A program made the position numbers and the translations under genes. This document shows, piece after piece, positions 21,037 through 31,312 of a stretch of 64,000 nt of DNA. The stretch covers positions 1,056,001-1,120,000 of the forward strand of contig CBDBHR010000030.1 of assembly GCA_965205865.1 (NCBI GenBank). The letters run 5' to 3'. The notes beneath the pieces were generated by a model. That model was not told where the DNA came from. It worked only from the letters and a program-made list of their open reading frames with translations, and searched no databases. The first letter of the stretch is position 1. Every line of letters begins with the position of its first letter. The DNA is from a bacterium (GTDB lineage: Bacteria; SAR324; NAC60-12).

Positions 21037-21843
21037 ATGTATCAGCAGCAGAAACGATCAATCGGCGTTCCGCTTTCGAAAGTCCTTTGGATTGCATTTT
21101 TTGTTATTGCTTCTCTGGGACTGGAAGCATGTCGCTCCGCAAGCTCCCGGACTAGCTATCGTCCCCAGGAGACCCCACAAAACGTTTGGACTCAAAAAAA
21201 TTCGCGAATTAATAAATTTTTGAAAATCTATACTGATAAATCAAACAAGACGGTCATGATGTCTCTGAAACGTGCTCAGCCTTACTTGCCCTACATTCGC
21301 AAGGAATTGAAAAAACGGAATCTCCCGCCCGAGTTGGCATTTTTGCCCATGTTGGAATCCTCTTTCAATCCAAAAGCGAAATCGCGGACGGGAGCCTTGG
21401 GGATGTGGCAATTCACAAAGGGCACGGCCAGGGATTATGGATTGCGTGTGGGCTGGGTCCGGGATGAGCGATTGAATTGGCAAAAATCAACCATGGCAGC
21501 CCTCGATTATCTGGACAGATTGGGTAAGAAATTCAAAAACAACTGGGAATTGGCGCTGGCCGCCTACAATGGAGGACCAGGCTATATCGAACGTTCCATG
21601 AAAAAACAGCGGACTGGAAATTTCTGGAAACTCAAACTGCGCAAGGAATCCCACGAGTACGTCCCCAAATTCATCGCCATGCTTCAAGTAGCCCGCAAGA
21701 AATACCCCCACCTTTATCAACTTGTGCTTGGCCGAAAATTAGATAACCACATGATATTTAATGGTATTCACCTATTTTCAAGAAACAAAGATTTTGGGAA
21801 AACTCATCAAAAATCCTATTTTTTGCTGATTTTGGCCATCTGA
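21037..21843 (+). CDS. Lytic transglycosylase (MltD-like SLT domain), probable lipoprotein
   Basis: LPMLESSFNP, GALGMWQF, LALAAYNGG and YVPKF; lipobox LEAC. Confidence 0.9.
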   Translation: MYQQQKRSIGVPLSKVLWIAFFVIASLGLEACRSASSRTSYRPQETPQNVWTQKNSRINKFLKIYTDKSNKTVMMSLKRAQPYLPYIRKELKKRNLPPELAFLPMLESSFNPKAKSRTGALGMWQFTKGTARDYGLRVGWVRDERLNWQKSTMAALDYLDRLGKKFKNNWELALAAYNGGPGYIERSMKKQRTGNFWKLKLRKESHEYVPKFIAMLQVARKKYPHLYQLVLGRKLDNHMIFNGIHLFSRNKDFGKTHQKSYFLLILAI

Positions 21844-21933
21844 ACACTGTATCAAACAAATCTTCATCCTGTGAAATTGAAGAAATGTCATTTAATATCA
21901 GCAATTTGAGTATTTTTCTGCCAAGCACTAAAC

Positions 21934-22175
21934 TAACCTGAGTTCGAGATAAGAATTTAATAAATTCAATATGTTATGGAATCTTCATATCTCAGAGAAA
22001 CCTTGTCATTCCTGCGAAAGCAGGAATCCAGGGGTATGCAGCCAGACTGAAATCCGGATCCCCGCTCCCCGCTCCCCGCTTTCGCGAGGACAGGTTTCGC
22101 GGGGACAAGTTTCGCGAGGATGACATATAGACTAGGATATTCATATTATTGAAGATTTATGTCGAATTCAGGTTA
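21934..22175. mobile_element. MITE-like element carrying REP/RPE-type hairpins
   Basis: Imperfect terminal inverted repeats TAACCTGAGTTCGAGATAA / TTATGTCGAATTCAGGTTA with TA ends. Internal GTCATTCCTGCGAAAGCAGGAATCCA...TTTCGCGAGGATGAC. Confidence 0.75.
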
Positions 22176-22648
22176 AATACCAATACGCAAGCCTGACCCC
22201 ATTTGTTTGTTCGTCCGTTTTTTCGCATAGGACTCGAGTTTACATTGATATTCGCTGATTCGGTGGTCCATTCCCGCAATAGATGGCTCATTGGCAATCA
22301 CCCTCCTGGCCAACCGAAAGACGCGAAATGGCATGCCGGGGTTTGGAATGACCTTGAGCTTGAAGACATTCCTCTCACAAGCCGTCAGGTAGCGCATATC
22401 ACCTTGATGCATGTAACCGCAGAAATTTCTTTCCAAACAGTCCGCTAGTTCGCGATTTATAAAGGAGACAAAGAAGACAATACAATGAGACCCCCAAGAG
22501 GGCGGTACACGGGGAACACCATCTGCCGCGTTGACGATACGGTATATTGGCGCGCGAATCTCTTCACCGAATTCCTTGCGTCGATTTGTTTGTCCTGAAT
22601 GGGGAGATTTCTGATAAAAAAAGTTCTCACCAGTGTTACCTCTTGTTA

Positions 22649-23719
22649 TCAGTCCTGGAATACTTTCTTGGCGCAGAAGTAGCCTTTGGTACCGGATTTG
22701 AGTGTGGCGCTTCGCCAACTGCCGGCGAAACCATTGACGGAGATTTCATGTACATCCAGCACCGTGTAGGCCCCATCGTATCGTCTTAGGTCGCGCTGAT
22801 TTGTGGTCGAACCAAGTCTTAGCAGGATGTTACGTTCACCGGTGTAGTTCCCCTCGAGCACGAGTACGCCAGGAGACTGAGGGTCTTCACTGAGGAGACT
22901 GCCGACGCGGTGCGCTCCGACCGCTTTGATATTCACGTCCGTGAATCCGTACAAAGGCGTCGATGCGCTGCCCAACGAGTCGAGTCCTTCCGGCGATTCG
23001 CGCAGGGTGAGCGTACCCCGTACGGACCGTCCATCGCTGCCAAAGGCAGGCTCTACGAGCGTTAACCGGTAATTGCCGGTCCTGTTCGCCATGGTCGCCT
23101 CCATGCTCAGACGACCGGAAACAGGTTCGCAACTGTCTTTCCGTACAATCCCGCTCTTGGAATCGTCTCCCACCATGTTTTTCCCGGACGTCTTGCAACC
23201 TGCCAGTACGGTGAGGGCAATCATTGCCAGGAATGCGTTCTTGCGCGCCACGGAGCCCGGGGGTGGCAAGCCCCGTTTTCGAATAGGCGTTGCTCCCAAA
23301 CCACGAGCCCGCCGGTCCCAGTAAAAACCGGGACTGAGATCGCTGTGTTCGGGAATCCGCGTTGTCATCTCGTGATAGGCCATCACGGAAACACGCACCC
23401 TGTTTTTCGCCATCGCCCGTAGTACCTCCGGGCGATGTCCGATCATGCGCCGGATCAGCCAGGCGGTTTCTTTTAAGGCGTAAGGATTCACCTTCTCCGA
23501 TGCCACAACGGGCAATCCTTCCACATCAACCCACTGCCGGTAAAACGGAGCCAACCGGAAGTGCTTTCGGACAGTCAGTGAAGGCGGCTCGACCGTTTGT
23601 GCTGTTGCGGGTAGCAAAATCGAGATAAGCGACGCGCATACCGTGAGCATGGCGAAAATAACCGGTGGCAGCCTTATCGGGGGTCCAAGCAATGCCGTTC
23701 TTTTGAAAAATTGCATCAT
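22649..23719 (-). CDS. Chimeric ORF: truncated secreted protein fused to a separate lipoprotein (GTG start ~23251)
   Basis: The N-terminal domain stops abruptly after YWDRRARGLG, followed by an internal signal peptide with lipobox (AFLAMIALTVLAGC). Confidence 0.55.
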   Translation of the reverse strand: MMQFFKRTALLGPPIRLPPVIFAMLTVCASLISILLPATAQTVEPPSLTVRKHFRLAPFYRQWVDVEGLPVVASEKVNPYALKETAWLIRRMIGHRPEVLRAMAKNRVRVSVMAYHEMTTRIPEHSDLSPGFYWDRRARGLGATPIRKRGLPPPGSVARKNAFLAMIALTVLAGCKTSGKNMVGDDSKSGIVRKDSCEPVSGRLSMEATMANRTGNYRLTLVEPAFGSDGRSVRGTLTLRESPEGLDSLGSASTPLYGFTDVNIKAVGAHRVGSLLSEDPQSPGVLVLEGNYTGERNILLRLGSTTNQRDLRRYDGAYTVLDVHEISVNGFAGSWRSATLKSGTKGYFCAKKVFQD

Positions 23720-23959
23720 GTTCTCCGGAGAATGAATTTACATGGGAAAATCAAAAAATCACAAATGGGGTCAGTTTTGCTTATTTGTATTTAATTTGTG
23801 AAAAGCCACTCAGACAAAGGATTGAGGTATGGTTCCTTTCTGAGACCTTCCTTGCTGAACAGACAACGCATTGCCTTTTAAACCCCAGATGAGAGTCAAT
23901 CCTCTGATGGGTGAAAAACTCCTGCGCATAAGACAATTTCTTAATACCCTGACCCCTTT

Positions 23960-24469
23960 TCAATACCAATATGCAAGCCTGACACCCATTCGCGTTCTTG
24001 CGCAGTGGCTAGCTGAGCCGGCGTCATCTTCCCGGTAATCGCCTCTCTCGGCAAAGGCCTCCTCCACGCCTCTGCTTGCGGCCAAGTTGAACCACTTGTG
24101 CGCTTCTATGTAATCCTGCTGCGGTCCCGGACCTTGGACAAACAACCGTCCGAGGGCCATCATGGAGCAGGCGTCACCCTCCATTGCGGTTTCCTGCCAT
24201 TCGACCAGCGCTTCGCCGTGACTTCCGGCTTCCCAATGCCGCAACCCGTCATAATAATCCGCCAGCACCGGCCATGCAAAGACCAACGCCACAAGCAATA
24301 GCAACGTCCGTCTGACATGGGGCATCCTCGGAATCATTGGCTCACCCAAGCGAAAAGGTAGCTTACGGCCGCTGTGCCCAACTGCCGGACAGCGATCAGT
24401 CTTGCCGCTATTCGTCAGCCTGATGGGTGTTTTTTCATTCATTTTATCCTTACTCGCGTAGTGTTTCAT
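23960..24469 (-). pseudogene. Sel1-repeat protein, frameshifted near the C-terminus
   Basis: GDACSMMALGRLF...QDYIEAHKWFNLAASRG; the frame degenerates after AERG. Confidence 0.7.
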
Positions 24470-24729
24470 TGTTTCGCAATAATGGCTGTACTATGGAACG
24501 CTTCTAATGGAAAGCGTTACTTGTTTCAAACAGGTTCTCAGAAAAAGTGGTTGTCTGCTTGGACACAGTGATATTGGCTTTATATTGGGATCAAATTTTT
24601 CCTCAAATTGAGAAAAAAAGTCAAAAGCTCGAGAATGTAGCCAGCCAGATCAAAATACAGTGGACAAAAGATATAACGAGCGCGCTGAAGACTGTAAGAG
24701 AGGGCGCTGAAACGACCCATCCCCGTCTC

Positions 24730-25962
24730 TCATGCGGTTCTCAGGAAGGACAAGTATTGCTCAACCGCAGGAAGAACCATTTGGGCGGAGATGGTTGGCA
24801 ATGCGTCAAAGCCATGTCCCACCCACGGCAATTTCAATAAAACGAGGTGAGGCGTTTCTGCTTTTTGAAGAGCATTGTGAAATCGAATGGTTTCTGCAGG
24901 GGGAATCATGGAGTCCGTCTCGCCTTGAATGAGCATGAAGGGTGGAGGGTTTTTTATTCTATGGATGGGAGATGCTTGCCGGAATTTTGCAGGATTTATT
25001 TGAGGCGTACTGCGCATGACCTGTTCTAAAACACTTTGCAGCGTGAGATTTGAATTGTTTTCAAATTGCGCTTCAAAATCATAAATTCCGTAAAAAGCAA
25101 CACACCCTTGAACTCCGGTATCCACTTCTGAAAATCCGGATTGAAATTCCGGGTCACCGGGAGTCAACGCCGTCAGAGCAGCAAGATGCGCTCCTGCCGA
25201 CCCTCCCGTAACAACAATAAAATCGGGATCGGCTCCATAAGACGCTCCATTTACCTTGATCCAATGGATTGCGCGCTTACAGTCAATCAGATGATCCGGA
25301 AATACTGCTTGCGGACTCAAGCGATAAGATATTGAAAAACAAATCCATCCCTCTGCCGCCATTCTCACCATCAGGGGGATTCCATGATTTTTTAAACCCA
25401 TGGTCCAGGCGCCTCCATGGATTTGAAGAAGCACCGGACAATTCCCGGCATGATGGCGTGGACGGTAAATATCCAAGGTGAGGGAAAAGCCCTGATCTCG
25501 ATAAAATGGAATATCTGAAATGATTTCAACCCGCGAGTCCTTCAGTAAAAGGAAGGGGTTCCAATAAATATTCCAATCGACAAAAGAAGGGGAAGTGGTT
25601 TGCTGATAATGCGCAAATCGATGCTGTTCATATTCGCTGCCGAGCGCAGCGCTCATTTGCTGCTCTACCAATGGCTTCAGGCGAAAGAGGAATCGTGTCC
25701 GCCATCCCAGAGCAATCAAACTGAAGAGGAGGAGAATGAAAGCAAATTGTCCAAGATTGCTTTCAAGCGCGCCCGCAAAAAAGAAAAAAATCGTAATTCC
25801 CAGATTGAGGACGATCCAATGCAGGGCCAAGTCCCCAATCAACCAACTACTAACAAAAATCGACAAAACGATCAGCCTGTTTTCACTCTGGCGAAAAGGC
25901 TGAAAGACGTTCACGGTGAGCAGTGCGCAGAGCAGACTCCAAAGCAAAAACAAAAACGCCAT
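24730..25962 (-). CDS. Membrane-anchored alpha/beta hydrolase (esterase/lipase)
   Basis: HGGAW, YRLSP, GGSAGAHL and HGFD; N-terminal TM helices. Confidence 0.9.
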   Translation of the reverse strand: MAFLFLLWSLLCALLTVNVFQPFRQSENRLIVLSIFVSSWLIGDLALHWIVLNLGITIFFFFAGALESNLGQFAFILLLFSLIALGWRTRFLFRLKPLVEQQMSAALGSEYEQHRFAHYQQTTSPSFVDWNIYWNPFLLLKDSRVEIISDIPFYRDQGFSLTLDIYRPRHHAGNCPVLLQIHGGAWTMGLKNHGIPLMVRMAAEGWICFSISYRLSPQAVFPDHLIDCKRAIHWIKVNGASYGADPDFIVVTGGSAGAHLAALTALTPGDPEFQSGFSEVDTGVQGCVAFYGIYDFEAQFENNSNLTLQSVLEQVMRSTPQINPAKFRQASPIHRIKNPPPFMLIQGETDSMIPPAETIRFHNALQKAETPHLVLLKLPWVGHGFDALPTISAQMVLPAVEQYLSFLRTA

Positions 25963-26000
25963 GCGGCTCTCTTCAGAGACTCATGAGAGGAACAAACAAA

Positions 26001-26393
26001 CTATCGTTTCGAGAATTGATACTGTTTGCGCGCACCGGGTTGACCATACTTTTTCCGTTCAACCTGCCTGGCGTCACGCGTCAACATCTTTGCTTTTTTC
26101 AAAATCGGACGCAGCTCCTCGTCCATTTCCTGCAATGCCTTGGCAATCCCATGCCGTATGGCACCAGCCTGACCGGATAATCCACCTCCATGGACATTGA
26201 CCAGAATATCAAAGCGTCCGACGGTTTCCGTCACTTCCAGTGGTTGATAAATGATCATTTTCAAGGTCGTCCTTCTAAAATAGTCATCGACACTTTTCTT
26301 GTTGACCGTCATTTGTCCCTCACCCGGGCGTAAATAGACACGTGCTACCGAACTCTTGCGACGTCCTGTTCCATAATACTGTTCCACTGCCAT
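26001..26393 (-). CDS. rpsI: 30S ribosomal protein S9
   Basis: [13 protein letters not shown]...QFSKR. Confidence 0.99.
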   Translation of the reverse strand: MAVEQYYGTGRRKSSVARVYLRPGEGQMTVNKKSVDDYFRRTTLKMIIYQPLEVTETVGRFDILVNVHGGGLSGQAGAIRHGIAKALQEMDEELRPILKKAKMLTRDARQVERKKYGQPGARKQYQFSKR

Positions 26394-26399
26394 CTTCGC

Positions 26400-26849
26400 T
26401 TATCCCTTCAACTGCAGAGGTTGCGGTTTCTGCGCTTCATGCGGATGATGCGAGCCTGCATAAATCTTCAATTTATGCAGGGCCGTTCGATTGAGCGCAT
26501 TCTTGGCCATCATCCCTTTGACTGCATTATAAACTAAATTTGTTGGCTTTTTTTGCAGAATCTCTTGTGCTCTGGCTTGTTTCAAACCACCGGGGTACCC
26601 TGTATGGTGGTAATATATCTTGTCTTTCATCTTCTTTCCGGTCAATACCACTTTTTCCGCATTGATAACCACCACGTAATCTCCCGTATCGACGTGCGGA
26701 GTATAAATAGGCTTATGCTTTCCTCGTAAAAGAACAGCAATCCGAGTGGCCAAACGCCCCAGAGTCATTCCCTCTCCATCCACTAACCACCATTGACGAG
26801 GATGGGTGCCATTTTGCAGATCCTCTTTCCTGATCGATCTTGTTTTCAT
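26400..26849 (-). CDS. rplM: 50S ribosomal protein L13
   Basis: [26 protein letters not shown]. Confidence 0.99.
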   Translation of the reverse strand: MKTRSIRKEDLQNGTHPRQWWLVDGEGMTLGRLATRIAVLLRGKHKPIYTPHVDTGDYVVVINAEKVVLTGKKMKDKIYYHHTGYPGGLKQARAQEILQKKPTNLVYNAVKGMMAKNALNRTALHKLKIYAGSHHPHEAQKPQPLQLKG

Positions 26850-26968
26850 CTTTCTTGCTTGTTGATATGCAAAATTCGCTTTTTTAAAAAATAAACTTAC
26901 AGTATTACAGAAGATCGAAAGGGATTACAAGTTTTTTCTTGCCGGAAGCGAGTGTCCGATAACGGTAT

Positions 26969-28153
26969 TCACCTGATGGGTCCATGCTCATCCACATAAA
27001 CGCGAGGGACCCGGTTGTTGAAGCGGGTGAGGATTTCATAAGGAATCGTATCTGCCTTTTCCGCCATCTCCTCGACACTGAGTCGCTCCCCGCCCTGGGA
27101 ACCGATCAAGATCACTTCGTCACCATTGTAGGCGGTGCCATCTTCGATATTGACCATAAACTGGTCCATGCACACCCTTCCCACAATAGGATAGCGTTTT
27201 CCTCGAACGAGAACTTCTCCCCGATTGGAAAGGGAACGGCAATAGCCATCTCCATATCCTATGGGAATTGTTACGACGCGAACGTTATGATCGGAGCGCC
27301 AGGTGGCTCCATAGCCGATGGCATTGTTTGCCAGGACTACCTTGAAATAGACAACCGTGGAACTCAAGGAAAGCACTGGTTCAATAGCAAGCACTCTTCG
27401 ACAAGCGGGAGCGGGGTAAATGCCATAAAGGATGATGCCGGGCCGCACCATGTCCAAATGGGTTTGGGGAAAATGCAAGATTCCTGCGGAATTGGCCAGA
27501 TGTCTTGTGGGGAGGGGAACCTGCAATTGCTCAAACTTGTGAAGGGCTTCCTCAAAGCGGTTCAATTGTTCCCGGGTCATTGGGGAATCGGGATCATCCG
27601 CGCAGGCCAAATGGGAATAGACACCTTTGAGGCGACAATGTTTGGTGCGCACGGCGGCTTCAATAAAAGCTCCTGCCGAATAACTATGAACTCCGATTCT
27701 CTCCATGCCCGTATCGATTTTCAGGTGGATGACAGCCTTTTTTCGCTTGCGGACGGCCACTTCTTCCACCTGTCGCAGTTTGTCCGCAGAGGAAACTGTC
27801 AGCTCTAAATCAAAATCCAGAAAATGCTCAATTTGAGTATTCAAAGTGCCGCCCATAACCAGAATGGGAAGCTGGATTCCTCCTTGACGCAGAGCAATTC
27901 CCTCCTCTAAGAAAGCTACGCCAATTTGCTCCACTCCCCCTTGAGCAAGATGTTTGGTGACAGGAAGCAAGCCGTGACCATAGGCATTTGCTTTGACAAT
28001 TGCCATGATTTTGCTACCGTTGATATGCTTTCGGATTGTCTGTAAATTATGAGTGAGGCGATGGAGGTGAATAGTGGCTACGGTAGGGCGCATTGCCACT
28101 CCATCGTGATCAACAGGCGACTCGATTCCGGCAGCGTGTTTTTCTACGTTCAT
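26969..28153 (-). CDS. alr: Alanine racemase
   Basis: AIVKANAYGHG, KIDTGMERIG, GRVCMDQ and TIPYE. Confidence 0.97.
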   Translation of the reverse strand: MNVEKHAAGIESPVDHDGVAMRPTVATIHLHRLTHNLQTIRKHINGSKIMAIVKANAYGHGLLPVTKHLAQGGVEQIGVAFLEEGIALRQGGIQLPILVMGGTLNTQIEHFLDFDLELTVSSADKLRQVEEVAVRKRKKAVIHLKIDTGMERIGVHSYSAGAFIEAAVRTKHCRLKGVYSHLACADDPDSPMTREQLNRFEEALHKFEQLQVPLPTRHLANSAGILHFPQTHLDMVRPGIILYGIYPAPACRRVLAIEPVLSLSSTVVYFKVVLANNAIGYGATWRSDHNVRVVTIPIGYGDGYCRSLSNRGEVLVRGKRYPIVGRVCMDQFMVNIEDGTAYNGDEVILIGSQGGERLSVEEMAEKADTIPYEILTRFNNRVPRVYVDEHGPIR

Positions 28154-28186
28154 TCTCTCTTCCTTGCAAGGCTGCGCGAATATCTG

Positions 28187-30427
28187 ATGGCACTCTTAAA
28201 ATCTTCCGGCAAAAGCGTCGAAATCACTCATAGTCTTTTGATGGGCGCTTTTCTGATTGGGATGGCGGTTTTTCTGTTTTCAGGAATGTTTCCGTTGCAA
28301 GCCCAAGAACAGAAGGCTTCTGCTGTCAAACCTCCCTGGAAACGGATCATAAGCCTCTACAAACAGCGCGCCTTCAAACACGTGGTCCTTGAATTGACAC
28401 CTGTTGTGACGGCTTCTGTCGTCGATACGGATTATTTGAGACGAGCCTGGTTTCTTTTGGGACAATGCTATATCGAACTGGAAGAACATGACCTGGCCCT
28501 GCAAAGTTTTCAAACAGGACAAAAACTGGATGACGAATATCCGGATTTGTGGACATACCACAAGATGCGCGCGTATTTGCGGAGCAATCAACAAGCAGAA
28601 GCCATTCCCTTGATCAAAAAATTGCTCCAGCCTCCAGTCAATCCGTTCTACCTGAAAAAAATAAAAGCCAACATCAAAAATTACTATCAAACCCCTGAAA
28701 CCGCGCCTTTGATACATCCTATCCTGTCCGACGTCGCCAGGCAAGAATCTCCTTTACTGCACGATCATCATATCATTGATATTTATGCCAGAAGCGCATC
28801 TATCCTGAAAGAGCCTTTTCCACCACGATTTTATGTGACCCAATGGCTTTATCCGGAAGACCTGGCAACGGCAAAGCAATCCGATGCCATCATTGCAAGG
28901 CTCAAAATAAAGAAACAGGCGCAGCTCACCGCAAGGGATTATTTGAAACGTATTCAAAGATTGAGAGAATTGAAACTCTTTGATTATATGATAAAAATTA
29001 TTCCCCAACAGATCGATGACGTTCACGATCCCAAAATCCGCACTCGACTGGCAAACATATACTTGCGGGCCCTGTTCCAGGAAAAACAATACCATACCAT
29101 CCTCAATCTGAGAAAAGAGAGCGTTTTAACGAAAAAATACAATGCCTATCAAACTTCCCAGCTTTTTTGGAGCATGCGCTCCTTTCAGAGGTTGAAGCAT
29201 TTGGAATCCGCCAAACAGACACTCACTCAATTGGAAGAAGTAAACCCCGTATCCACGTGGCTGCCCGAGGCTTATCAAAAAATGGCAGAAACTCATGAAG
29301 TACTCGACGATGAAAAAAGCGCGGATTTTTGGTGGCAAAAACTGGCCGGAAAGTTCCCAAGATCAAAAGAGGCTGAGATCGCTTTTTGGAAACTCGCATG
29401 GTATCGCTACCGGAATCAACACTATCGGGATGCCCTGCATTATATTCATCAGGAATTCGAATATCAGAATCCTTCCCCGGAAGTCTCTGCCAAGTTTCTC
29501 TATTGGCAGGGGAAATTGCAGTACTTTGCGGGGCAAAGTGATCAAGCGGATCAAACGTTTAAAAAATTGCGGCAAGAGTGGCCGAATACGTATTACAATC
29601 TTCGTTTTTTAAACCAGCCTGGTGAATGGACCAGCCAAATCAGGAGCTTGGGGATTTCAGCGCCTCAGCGAAAATTCTGGCACCAGACTCCGGTTCCGCT
29701 AACAGGAAAAATTAAAAAGCTCGTCAAATGGTATGAATTCTTATTCGCAATAGGCCAAAATGAACAGGCCGTCTTCGAAATCCTCCATGATGTTCCCCGG
29801 TACAACAAACGTTCCATTATCTGGAAAGGAAGTGAGCTGCTGTATCGACATGAAAAATTCTATCCTTTGCAAAATTTCGTTACCAACTACTTTCTCTATG
29901 ATTTAAAAAAACTCTCATTGAGAGAACCTTCGTCCGAGGATCAAACGCTGTGGCAATTTGCCTACCCCAGGCCTTATTGGTCTTTTATAGAGGAGCGAAG
30001 TCAAAAGGCAGGGATCGATCCTTACTGGGTGCTGGCCACTATTCGGGAAGAAAGCCTGTATGATCCCCATGCGCTTTCCGTTGCAGACGCCCATGGTCTC
30101 ATGCAACTGATCCATCGAACGGCTTACAAAATGGCCAGGCAGCAAAAGGTGAACCTGACCAACATCAACAATCTCTACGATCCCTATATCAATATCCGAT
30201 TGGGCACTCATTATTTAGGAAATCTGGCACGGGAATTTCACGATCGACTCGTCTATGTCTCAGGAGGATACAATGCGGGAGAACACCGGGTGAGAGAATG
30301 GTTGAAAAAGTATGGGGAACTGCCAATGGATGAGTATGTCGAATCGATTCCTTTTCGGGAAACCCGAAACTATGTCAAACGAGTTTTCAGGTCCTATTAC
30401 CTCTACAAGAAAATCTATCAGGATTAG
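28187..30427 (+). CDS. Soluble lytic murein transglycosylase (Slt70-like, TPR + SLT)
   Basis: IREESLYDP, GLMQL, YNAG and ESIPFRETRNYV; start position approximate. Confidence 0.9.
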   Translation: MALLKSSGKSVEITHSLLMGAFLIGMAVFLFSGMFPLQAQEQKASAVKPPWKRIISLYKQRAFKHVVLELTPVVTASVVDTDYLRRAWFLLGQCYIELEEHDLALQSFQTGQKLDDEYPDLWTYHKMRAYLRSNQQAEAIPLIKKLLQPPVNPFYLKKIKANIKNYYQTPETAPLIHPILSDVARQESPLLHDHHIIDIYARSASILKEPFPPRFYVTQWLYPEDLATAKQSDAIIARLKIKKQAQLTARDYLKRIQRLRELKLFDYMIKIIPQQIDDVHDPKIRTRLANIYLRALFQEKQYHTILNLRKESVLTKKYNAYQTSQLFWSMRSFQRLKHLESAKQTLTQLEEVNPVSTWLPEAYQKMAETHEVLDDEKSADFWWQKLAGKFPRSKEAEIAFWKLAWYRYRNQHYRDALHYIHQEFEYQNPSPEVSAKFLYWQGKLQYFAGQSDQADQTFKKLRQEWPNTYYNLRFLNQPGEWTSQIRSLGISAPQRKFWHQTPVPLTGKIKKLVKWYEFLFAIGQNEQAVFEILHDVPRYNKRSIIWKGSELLYRHEKFYPLQNFVTNYFLYDLKKLSLREPSSEDQTLWQFAYPRPYWSFIEERSQKAGIDPYWVLATIREESLYDPHALSVADAHGLMQLIHRTAYKMARQQKVNLTNINNLYDPYINIRLGTHYLGNLAREFHDRLVYVSGGYNAGEHRVREWLKKYGELPMDEYVESIPFRETRNYVKRVFRSYYLYKKIYQD

Positions 30428-30516
30428 AATCAGTCTCTTCGTTCCACCTGTTTGCTTCTCCCGGAAGGCCGAATCCCCGGGTGAGGTCGCTCAGCTGTCT
30501 CGAGTTTTTTCGATTC

Positions 30517-30789
30517 TCAATATTTTATTTCAAATCCACGATACCCTTGCCAATCACTCTCATTAGTCAAGACTTTGGTAACTCTGGCATGAGGAGGACC
30601 TTGGTGACACCAGGCGACAAAACTCCGCAGGTTTATTTCTTCTCCCTCCGCTTCGATACGGACAGTGCCATCCGCTTGGTTTCTGACGAAGCCTTTGATA
30701 TCTGAATGCCGTGCTTTTTCGATGGCGTGATATCGAAAGGCCACTCCCTGCACCAAGCCATGGACCGTTATATCCACATGCTTCATCAT
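30517..30789 (-). CDS. acyP: Acylphosphatase
   Basis: VHGLVQGVAFR, GFVRNQADGTV and GPPHARV. Confidence 0.93.
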   Translation of the reverse strand: MMKHVDITVHGLVQGVAFRYHAIEKARHSDIKGFVRNQADGTVRIEAEGEEINLRSFVAWCHQGPPHARVTKVLTNESDWQGYRGFEIKY

Positions 30790-31166
30790 TCCTGATTGTG
30801 CTCTGAACCTTCGGGCGGCTCCAGCGCTTCCGGCCAATCGGTAAAGGGGAAAGGACGTTGATGTTCGTTCATTGTTAAATAGCGGAGCACTTTATAGGCA
30901 TAAGTCGACAGTTTGTTGGTGGCAACGCGGACTGCGCCATTTTCCCGGCGTATGAAAAAGAGGTGGATGAATTGGAACAACACCGTGATCTGTACGATGG
31001 TTTCAACAATCGCAAATATGATTAGAAATAAGAGCGAATAGAGCAAACGAATACCAATCTCTCGCAGAGAAAGTTTTTCAGATGTTCCCGACTCATTGGA
31101 TGGGTGGTCTTGAACAGTTTCTTTTTGATTTTCTTCTTGCCCGTTATTTTCCGTACTTTGCGCCAT
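30786..31166 (-). CDS. DUF4389-like membrane protein
   Basis: IRLLYSLLF...LRYLTMNEHQRPFPFTDWP. Confidence 0.8.
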   Translation of the reverse strand: MAQSTENNGQEENQKETVQDHPSNESGTSEKLSLREIGIRLLYSLLFLIIFAIVETIVQITVLFQFIHLFFIRRENGAVRVATNKLSTYAYKVLRYLTMNEHQRPFPFTDWPEALEPPEGSEHNQE

Positions 31167-31312
31167 AAGATCTCTCCTTGAATTAATGAATGATTACTTT
31201 TGCTACTTTTGTATGCAAATGCAAAACCAACTTGGAATGGTTGGTTTAATTTTTAAGGATACCAGTATTTGCCGATGAAATCATTTTTTCCAGCTCGGGA
31301 AAGGTCTGGAAA

